Positions 57,507 to 64,000 of a stretch of 64,000 nt of DNA are shown here, one piece after another. How positions within the stretch are numbered: position 1 is the stretch's first letter; the number at the start of each line of letters is the position of its first letter. The position numbers and the translations under genes are program-made. Below the pieces are notes generated by a model. The model did no database searches. It was not told the DNA's origin and was given only the letters and a program-made list of their open reading frames with translations. Origin of the DNA: Candidatus Eiseniibacteriota bacterium (GTDB lineage: Bacteria > Arandabacterota > Arandabacteria > Arandabacterales > Arandabacteraceae); assembly GCA_043810925.1 (NCBI GenBank), contig JBDRNT010000171.1:1-64000 (forward strand). The letters run 5' to 3'.

Positions 57507-57587
57507 CACGGACCGTCGGGGGTGGAACCCCGGCGCTGCACCATCCGTCAGTTGTTTCCGTGCAGCGTCGAGCCTGCGTGCCCGGCG
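57507..57587. repeat. GTAG/GCAG-type REP doublet, copy 3 (intergenic, opposite arrangement)
   Basis: Reverse complement of 57507-57540 is TGCAGCGCCGGGGTTCCACCCCCGACGGTCCGTG; 57561-57587 reads TGCAGCGTCGAGCCTGCGTGCCCGGCG. Confidence 0.75.
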
Positions 57588-57616
57588 TGTCAATCCAATA
57601 CCAGGAGGGTAAGGTT

Positions 57617-58615
57617 ATGCATACACCCGACAAGTATCTGATCACCGGCGGGGCCGGTTTCATCGGATCATGGCTCGCCGAGGCGCTCCTCGAGCGGGGG
57701 GCCGAGGTCTACCTGCTTGATGACCTCTCAACAGGCAATCTCGAAAACATCCAGCACCTCATGGACAATCCCGATCTTCACTTTGTACTGGGCTCTGTGC
57801 TCGATGTCAGGACCGTCAACAGACTGATGGAAAAGTGTAACCAGGTGTTCCACCTTGCCGCGGCGGTCGGGGTCAGGCTGGTCTTCGAGCGTCCGATCTA
57901 TACGATAACAACGAATGTGACGGGGACGGAGATTGTCCTTGAGTCCGCGCTTCGCTACGGCAAGAAGATCTTTGTCGCATCGACGTCCGAAGTCTACGGC
58001 AAGGACGTGCCTGCGCCCCACAATCGCTTCAGGGAAACCGATGACATCACCCTCGGGTTCTCTCAACGCTGGTGTTACGCGGCCACAAAGGCACTTGATG
58101 AACACCTGGCCCGTGCGTACTACAAGACCAAGGGGTTGCCTGTAGTCATCTGCCGCTACTTCAACACTGTCGGACCAAGGCAGACCGGCGCATACGGCAT
58201 GGTGATACCCAGGTTTGTGAATGCGGCGCTTTCGGGACAACCCATCAAAGTCTACGGGGACGGAAACCAGACAAGAAGCTTCACCTGGGTCGGAGACGCG
58301 GTGGATGCCACGATCAAGCTGATGGACTCTCCCAACACCCTCGGGGAGATCTTCAACATAGGCAGCGAGGAGCCGATTACGATCGGTGAACTCGCTCGCA
58401 AGATCAGACAAATCACCCACAGTGACTCGGAGATAGTCCATGTACCTTACGAAGAAGCATATGGCAAAGACTTCGAAGACATCCGCTGCAGGCTCCCTGA
58501 TGTCAGCAAGATCAGACGATACATAGACTACAGTCCGACGCACGACCTCGAGCAGATCCTGGTGGAGACAATCGAGCATACGAGAAAGCGTGTGTGTGAG
58601 GAGGTGCTGGTATGA
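57617..58615 (+). CDS. NAD-dependent nucleotide-sugar epimerase/decarboxylase (Uxs/ArnA-related SDR)
   Basis: LITGGAGFIG, HLAAAVGV, STSEVYGK, RWCYAATK, FNTVGPRQ. Confidence 0.85.
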   Translation: MHTPDKYLITGGAGFIGSWLAEALLERGAEVYLLDDLSTGNLENIQHLMDNPDLHFVLGSVLDVRTVNRLMEKCNQVFHLAAAVGVRLVFERPIYTITTNVTGTEIVLESALRYGKKIFVASTSEVYGKDVPAPHNRFRETDDITLGFSQRWCYAATKALDEHLARAYYKTKGLPVVICRYFNTVGPRQTGAYGMVIPRFVNAALSGQPIKVYGDGNQTRSFTWVGDAVDATIKLMDSPNTLGEIFNIGSEEPITIGELARKIRQITHSDSEIVHVPYEEAYGKDFEDIRCRLPDVSKIRRYIDYSPTHDLEQILVETIEHTRKRVCEEVLV

Positions 58616-59310
58616 GAGCCGCACTCGCCGCCGGGGCACAGTGTGCCTCTGAACCTGAGGCCGACGGTGCTCGCGATAGACCGGTTGCACCTGCTGTGGA
58701 ACCGGTCCTCAAGAGGCCTTTCGATTTCGTGCTGGCCCTGACAGGCATCATCCTGTCAGCACCGGTGTGGCTCGCCATCGCCCTTGCGATCAAACTGGAG
58801 GACGGTGGGCCCGTTCTCTACGTCCAGCAGAGATGGGGTAAGAACAGAGAGGGATTCACGGCCTACAAGTTCAGATCGATGGTCGCCAACGCTGATGAAA
58901 AGTGGGGCTCGCTCCAGGCCACCGAGGATGATCCGAGGATCACGAGAATGGGTAAGCTACTCCGGGCGACAGCCCTGGATGAGATGCCACAGCTCTTGAA
59001 TATCCTCAAGGGTGACATGAGTTTCGTAGGACCTCGTGCGCTTCCGATGAACGAGGTCCAGGTGCGTGAGGAGGGCGACGGTCTTCCTGATAAGGAAATC
59101 CCCGGATTCGACGAGCGGCTCCGGGTGCGGCCGGGACTTACGGGTATCGCCCAGATCTACGCCCCGAGAGATGTCCCGCGCAAGGAGAAATTCGAATACG
59201 ACCTCGTGTACATACGCAAACAGAGCTTTGTGTATGATCTAAGGCTCATCATCCTGTCTTTCCTCATAACCTTCCGCGGCCGGGGGGAGGTCAGGGCCAA
59301 GAAGATCTGA
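58612..59310 (+). CDS. Initiating polyprenyl-phosphate sugar-1-P transferase (small WbaP/PglC type)
   Basis: KRPFD, one TM, KFRSM, LDEMPQL.NILKGDMSFVGPR, RPGLTG.AQ. Confidence 0.93.
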   Translation: MRAALAAGAQCASEPEADGARDRPVAPAVEPVLKRPFDFVLALTGIILSAPVWLAIALAIKLEDGGPVLYVQQRWGKNREGFTAYKFRSMVANADEKWGSLQATEDDPRITRMGKLLRATALDEMPQLLNILKGDMSFVGPRALPMNEVQVREEGDGLPDKEIPGFDERLRVRPGLTGIAQIYAPRDVPRKEKFEYDLVYIRKQSFVYDLRLIILSFLITFRGRGEVRAKKI

Positions 59311-59335
59311 CCCACCCGGACCCAAGGAGGGACAA

Positions 59336-60472
59336 ATGAAGACGTATGACATCATAGTAATCGGAGGAGGGCCGGTCGGCTCGTACACTGCCTACCAGCT
59401 TGCAGATCTGGGTTACGATGTCGGTTTGTTTGAAAGAGACATCGAGGTCGGTAAAGACGTCATCTGCACCGGTATCGTCGGTATGGATGCGTTCGACAAG
59501 TTCGATCTTCCGAGAGACGCTATTCTGCACGAGATGGAATCCGTCACCTTCCTCTCCCCCTCTCATCTTGCTCTGGACTATGCCGCCCCCGATGCGTTCG
59601 CATGTGTAATAGACCGCACCAGGTTCGACAAGGGAATTCTCCAGATGGCGGTTGATAGCGGCGCCGATGTTCATCTGGGGAAGCGGGTGAGGGAGGTTGA
59701 CATCGACAAGGATTTCGCCAAGATCGAGACCACCAACGGTGACGGCATGACGGAGGCCAGGGCAAAGGTGATTGTTGTCGCAACCGGAGTCAACTACAAT
59801 CTCCACCGGAGACTTGGCCTCGATCTTCCACCGTCCTTCCTGCTGGCCATGCAGACCGAGGCGGAAATCAAGGACCTCGATATGACCGAGGTTTATCTCA
59901 ACAGCCTGCCGCAAGGCTCCTTTGCGTGGGTTGTACCTTCTAACGGCACCACCGCACGTATAGGGGCCCTCACCAGGAGCGGGGGCCTGGGTCCGCTGAA
60001 GACGTTCATTGAAGAACGGCTGGATAACGGCAACCATGACGAGCCTCCGGAAATCTCATGCAAACCGATAGCGCACGGGATGCCGGAGAGGAGCGTGAAC
60101 GACCGTGTGATCGCCGTCGGCGAGGCTGCAGGCCAGGTCAAGACCACGACGGGCGGCGGTATCTTCTACGGGCTTATGTGTTCGGAAATTGCCGTCCACG
60201 TCCTCAGCCAGGCCATCCAGCAGGGTGACCTCAGCCGCGCCCGGCTTGTGGAGTACGAGAAACTCTGGAACTCGGCAATCGGCGACGAACTGGAGCTGGG
60301 ATGCCAGGCTCGCAAGTTTGCTTCATCACTCAGCCGCCAACAACTCGATTCGATATTCGAGTTCATCCAGCGTCACAAGACCATAAGAAGACTCATCAAA
60401 CGACGAATCAACTTCGACCATCATTGTGATCTACTCTCCCTCGGGATGAGACTGCTCCGCCCCTTCGTGTAA
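59336..60472 (+). CDS. Geranylgeranyl-reductase-family FAD oxidoreductase
   Basis: YDIIVIGGGPVG, CTG, IDRTRFD, FAWVVP, VGEAAGQVKTTTGGGI. Confidence 0.85.
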   Translation: MKTYDIIVIGGGPVGSYTAYQLADLGYDVGLFERDIEVGKDVICTGIVGMDAFDKFDLPRDAILHEMESVTFLSPSHLALDYAAPDAFACVIDRTRFDKGILQMAVDSGADVHLGKRVREVDIDKDFAKIETTNGDGMTEARAKVIVVATGVNYNLHRRLGLDLPPSFLLAMQTEAEIKDLDMTEVYLNSLPQGSFAWVVPSNGTTARIGALTRSGGLGPLKTFIEERLDNGNHDEPPEISCKPIAHGMPERSVNDRVIAVGEAAGQVKTTTGGGIFYGLMCSEIAVHVLSQAIQQGDLSRARLVEYEKLWNSAIGDELELGCQARKFASSLSRQQLDSIFEFIQRHKTIRRLIKRRINFDHHCDLLSLGMRLLRPFV

Positions 60473-60503
60473 TGTGGCCTTGGGGGGCCTGGGGGGGGGC
60501 CTT

Positions 60504-60653
60504 GGGGTCAGAGCTAAAAGAGTGACAATTCCGGGGTCAGAGCTAAAAAAGTCCGTAGTCGACAGCCTGGGAGGACCTTATGTCCGAGTGGTGGCATCGT
60601 GCGCACTTTTTTAGATCTGACCCCGGAATTGTCACTCTTTTAGCTCTGACCCC
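60504..60653. repeat. REP/MITE-like palindromic element, GGGG(T/A)CA family, copy 2, between convergent genes
   Basis: 49-bp IR with 1 mismatch (60504-60552 / 60605-60653); each arm carries GGGGTCAGA twice. Confidence 0.88.
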
Positions 60654-60657
60654 CTGC

Positions 60658-61578
60658 TCAATTGCGGGTGAGTTTCAGGAGAGGGATCAGGGAGTCGGTG
60701 ACGTGATGAAGTTCTGCGTGCGGAAGCGTCCGTCTGATTCGGCCCCGGAAGAGCCTTGCAAGCGCCGGATCGCGGAACATCCCGCCTGATACCACGACCC
60801 TGAAGCGCGTCCCGAGACCGGTCTTCGTCTTCACGGCCAGTACCATTTCCATGAGGTCACGCGCTGCCTCTCTCACCAATGACCTTGCAAATGGATCTCC
60901 AGCGGTATAAGCCTCAAGGGCTATTCTCGCCAACCCGGCTATCCGGTCGCGCTCCGGCGGCAGGAACCTACGGGGGACATCCTTAAGTTCGATACCGTAT
61001 CGCTCGCAGAGGAGTCTCACCGTGCCATTGACCGCTTCAGTACCATCGTAAGCCCCTAACGCAACCCCGAGCACGTCAAGACCCATTCTGAAACCACTGC
61101 CCCGATCCAGGTAACCTCCCCGGCCGCCAACTCTGGCTTTCATCACACGTCCGCGCCGGTGCTTCGCGCCGGCACACACGCTGCCCGTACCGGCGATGAG
61201 GACTATGCCGTCATGCTCGCTGAGGAAATACTCGGTCATCGCATCAAGATCGCTCAGTACCCTGACACGGGGACGTGTCGACCGGGATTTGATAACTCCA
61301 CCGAGAATACGCCTGCAGGCTGCGGCGACTCCGGGATCACCCGCCCCAGCGACGGCCGCGCATGCATAGATCCGGACACCCCCGGCGCCGAGCCGGTCAA
61401 GAAGCGGAATCACGAGCGTCCGAACCCGCTCCTCGAATACTGAGTAACCTACATCAACCGGATTGAGACCGGACCGGATGACCCGCACGGAGATCGCACC
61501 TTCGTGGTAGAGGGCTGCTTTGCCGGTCGAACCGCCGGCTTCGATGGCGAGTGAAGTCCGGAGGGATTCCCTGCTCAC
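60658..61578 (-). CDS. BadF/BadG/BcrA/BcrD-type sugar kinase (GlcNAc/MurNAc kinase-like)
   Basis: IEAGGSTGK, AGAG, IVLIAGTGS, GGRGGYLDRGSG, SGGMF. Confidence 0.8.
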   Translation of the reverse strand: MSRESLRTSLAIEAGGSTGKAALYHEGAISVRVIRSGLNPVDVGYSVFEERVRTLVIPLLDRLGAGGVRIYACAAVAGAGDPGVAAACRRILGGVIKSRSTRPRVRVLSDLDAMTEYFLSEHDGIVLIAGTGSVCAGAKHRRGRVMKARVGGRGGYLDRGSGFRMGLDVLGVALGAYDGTEAVNGTVRLLCERYGIELKDVPRRFLPPERDRIAGLARIALEAYTAGDPFARSLVREAARDLMEMVLAVKTKTGLGTRFRVVVSGGMFRDPALARLFRGRIRRTLPHAELHHVTDSLIPLLKLTRN

Positions 61579-62690
61579 TGCTCCTGCACCGCCGGTTCGT
61601 AGGCTTCAACCAGCGATGAGTAGGTCAGGGCATAGTCACTGTTGAAGATCGCGACGCCGCGGACCCCGGACTCGCGGATAGCCTCGAGTTGCTCCGAGAA
61701 TATGCTGTCTGTAAACCCTTCAAGGTAGGGTCCCATGCCGGCGATAACCCTTTCAGGCCCGGCAAGAGCCGAATAAGCGCTCAGACGCTCCTCAAACGCC
61801 TCCAGGCTCACGGTGTAGATCATAGGCACAAGGAAGTCCACGTACCCTCTCGTCACCCATTCGATCCCGTCCTGGAAGTGATACTGCCTGCCCGCCTCGA
61901 TCTTCTGCCAGACCGCCGCCGAAACCGCTACCCCAGGCCTTGACGTTCTCGCCGCGTCAGCAAGCCTTCCCACGAACTCACTTAGGTTCTCCCTCCTCCA
62001 GTCGGCATAAGTGATCTGGGTGTCCCTGAGGGCGCTGATATAGCCGGCCTTGCTGCGCGAGTCATACGAAAAAGAGGAATCCGGGAACCTCACATGGTCA
62101 AGGTGCAGACCGTCAATCTCGTACCTGCCGACGAGATCGGTCACCACGTCTTCCACATGTTGCTGTGCGCTGGGATGCGTGGGGCTTAAGAATGCGTAGT
62201 TATACCTGGTTTCCGATTTGAGTAGCGACATTGGCTCGCCGTCACGGTCTACGGCGATCCAGTTGGGGTGTACCCGCATTACATGCGAAGGCACAGTCTT
62301 CGGGGGCGGGCTGCCCTCATCGGAGACGGGCCAGGCGGAAAAGACGTTTATCCAGGCATGCACCTCCATCCCCCGCGCGTGGCCTTCTTCGATTGCAGCC
62401 CCGAGTGGGTCCCACCCCGGATAAACCCCAAGAGTGTCCGTAAGTACAGCCGACCACGGTTCGTAGGCCGACCTGTACAGCGCATCACAGGCGCCTCTGG
62501 CCTGGAAGAACACCATGTTGATGCCGAGGGGTTCAAGGTTCTCAAACAAATCTCTCAGGTCGGACTTGCTCTCGAACCCCCATCTGGTTACCCAGACGGC
62601 CTTAACACGACCGGTTTCGCCCGACTCCGACCGACCAATAACGCATAGGAGAATGAGTACGAACACCGGGAGTTGTCTGAAGCACTTCAT
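61575..62690 (-). CDS. GHL10 (DUF187/YddW-DigH-like) glycoside hydrolase, secreted
   Basis: KAVWV, FQARG..DALY.S..EPWS, WDPL..AIEEGHARGMEVHAW, YEIDGLHLD.VRFP, PMIY; N-terminal signal. Confidence 0.88.
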   Translation of the reverse strand: MKCFRQLPVFVLILLCVIGRSESGETGRVKAVWVTRWGFESKSDLRDLFENLEPLGINMVFFQARGACDALYRSAYEPWSAVLTDTLGVYPGWDPLGAAIEEGHARGMEVHAWINVFSAWPVSDEGSPPPKTVPSHVMRVHPNWIAVDRDGEPMSLLKSETRYNYAFLSPTHPSAQQHVEDVVTDLVGRYEIDGLHLDHVRFPDSSFSYDSRSKAGYISALRDTQITYADWRRENLSEFVGRLADAARTSRPGVAVSAAVWQKIEAGRQYHFQDGIEWVTRGYVDFLVPMIYTVSLEAFEERLSAYSALAGPERVIAGMGPYLEGFTDSIFSEQLEAIRESGVRGVAIFNSDYALTYSSLVEAYEPAVQEQ

Positions 62691-62739
62691 GGGGATATTT
62701 CTACATCAGGGTGGCCCGGTCTTTCAAGCAAATAAAACA

Positions 62740-62911
62740 TGGGTGGGGTCAGTTGTTCTCACGGGCTTGGCACGGAAGCCCGTTGGGACGCTCCTATCCA
62801 GCTTATGACCCCACCCAACCACAGGACCACAGGGGAAGGAGCTTGTCGCCTCGGTACTGCTAAGAGCGTTGCTCCTTCCAACAGTATTTAGATGAGTATC
62901 ATACCCTGTGG
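62740..62911. other. Two-domain structured non-coding element
   Basis: Stem TGGGTGGGGTCA/TGACCCCACCCA with inner ACGGGCTT/AAGCCCGT; second stem CCACAGGG/CCCTGTGG with inner GAAGGAGC/GCTCCTTC. Confidence 0.6.
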
Positions 62912-62939
62912 ATTCACCTGAAGCAACAGAATAATTCGA

Positions 62940-62968
62940 TTGACTGACTTCAGCAAGCGCTATAGGCT
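62940..62968 (+). promoter_or_regulatory. Putative sigma70 promoter
   Basis: TTGACT-17nt-TAGGCT. Confidence 0.45.
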
Positions 62969-62991
62969 ACGGGCGAAGGGAGGATTTGGAG

Positions 62992-63252
62992 ATGGCTGAA
63001 ACCAAGATCGGGGAGATAGTTAAGTTCTTTGCGAAACCTTCGGTTGCAGCAATCGTGATCACCGCCGATGGCCTGAACGTCGGAGACACCATCCGTATAA
63101 AGGGCCACACAACCGATTTCACCCAGACGGTGGATTCGATGCAGATCGACAATCAGTCGGTCACTGAGGCCAAAGTCGGTGACGATGTGGGGATCAAGGT
63201 CACCGACAGGACAAGGCCTGGAGACGTGGCCTACAAGGTGACCGGCGGCTAG
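62992..63252 (+). CDS. Small translation-factor-like beta-barrel protein (U32 peptidase C-terminal-like)
   Basis: IGEIVKFFAKPSVA...L.VGDTIRIKGHTTDF.Q.V.SMQI...GIKV..R.RPGD.Y; GGAGG RBS. Confidence 0.8.
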   Translation: MAETKIGEIVKFFAKPSVAAIVITADGLNVGDTIRIKGHTTDFTQTVDSMQIDNQSVTEAKVGDDVGIKVTDRTRPGDVAYKVTGG

Positions 63253-63394
63253 CAACGTCCTTCGCATCGGGAAAGCCTTGCCGGGCCTGCCTATTTTGGG
63301 CTTCAGGGCGCTACGGAGCCCCGGAATCGCACTTTTCTAGGCATAGACCGGTCCCGCACAGTGTCCATCGGGCTCGCGCACGCAAGATTTTCAC

Positions 63395-63423
63395 TTGACC
63401 CCTTCTGCCCTATTTGGTAGGGT
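63395..63423 (+). promoter_or_regulatory. Putative sigma70 promoter
   Basis: TTGACC-17nt-TAGGGT with upstream TG. Confidence 0.4.
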
Positions 63424-63539
63424 AAACACAAATCATGTCGACAAGGAGAATGAGTTCGAGAAGGAGGTGAAGGGATACAAACAAGCGACTCCGCGAAACT
63501 TTCGATATTCAAGCCAATCTGCTGTAAGGGGGGTATGAA

Positions 63540-64000
63540 ATGAAGAGGTTCTTGTTTTTGGCTATGGTCTTAGCGGCTTCACTCATTCTGGCCTCATGTG
63601 CAGAGGAGAAGTCGGTGTGGGAGCCCGCGGTAGAGCAGTCGACTTTCACCGAAATGGATCAGGCGCTGCCCGGTGTTAGAGAGGCCATGATGGATCTCGA
63701 CGAAACGATCAACAAGCGCATAACCTCCAAGAAGTACAAGGAAGAGGCGCTTGAGCAGTACAGGATGATGACCGATTTCATTGATATCCTTCAGTTCTAC
63801 TATCTCCCGATACTCAACGCCAGAGCCCACATAGCGCGCGCCTACAGGGAAATCGACCAGGGCATGTACTCGGAGGCCTCAGACGATATCAGGAAGGCTG
63901 TTGACAACATCAACAAGGCTGCCCTCAAGTCTACTGAAAGCACCAAGACGGGCTTTGACGTAGTCAAGGAAGGCCTGATGCAGGTCTCGCAGATATCGGA
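63540..64000 (+). CDS. Hypothetical lipoprotein (partial, runs off the window)
   Basis: MKRFLFLAMVLAASLILASC|AEEKSVWEP...; lipobox LASC; open to the window end; not in the ORF track. Confidence 0.8.
   Translation, partial: MKRFLFLAMVLAASLILASCAEEKSVWEPAVEQSTFTEMDQALPGVREAMMDLDETINKRITSKKYKEEALEQYRMMTDFIDILQFYYLPILNARAHIARAYREIDQGMYSEASDDIRKAVDNINKAALKSTESTKTGFDVVKEGLMQVSQIS

Noticed and set aside
1-64000. tRNA, rRNA or known riboswitches
   Set aside because: None recognised by eye; an Infernal/tRNAscan run would be needed to exclude them

Overview
GC-rich bacterial window. The secreted peptidase with an FlgD/T9SS-like C-terminal tail suggests an FCB-group candidate phylum (inference only). 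From left to right: (1) the 3' end of an IS630-family transposase; (2) a secreted M28 aminopeptidase with an inserted beta-propeller; (3) a small HTH gene and a HEAT-repeat/HD-GYP pair, each behind a sigma28-like promoter; (4) an aminotransferase-OPT transporter-M29 aminopeptidase operon; (5) a ~49 kb, all plus-strand Wzx/Wzy polysaccharide locus (11519-60472); (6) a sugar kinase/GHL10 hydrolase pair, a small beta-barrel protein and a truncated lipoprotein. The polysaccharide locus contains an SLBB export protein, Wzc, a UpxY/NusG paralogue, AsnB, a GT-C, 10 soluble GTs, 5 SAM methyltransferases, a heparinase II/III protein, a carbamoyltransferase, gmd, a frameshifted fcl, an initiating transferase and a geranylgeranyl-reductase-family gene. 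The best candidate for new biology is the 19.1-31.3 kb cassette. It combines GDP-heptose synthesis (gmhA/hddA/hddC) with a Cj1427-like C4-dehydrogenase, a 4,6-dehydratase, a His/Cys-type (E1/DdhC-like) 3-dehydratase, an orphan TPP E1alpha/beta pair, atypical SDRs and a B12 radical-SAM enzyme, which together predict a branched-chain deoxy-heptose. Two palindromic repeat families were also found. One GTAG/GCAG REP-like doublet lies in frame inside a glycosyltransferase gene. There are also several unexplained structured non-coding regions. All assignments come from motif recognition by eye; no database searches were run.
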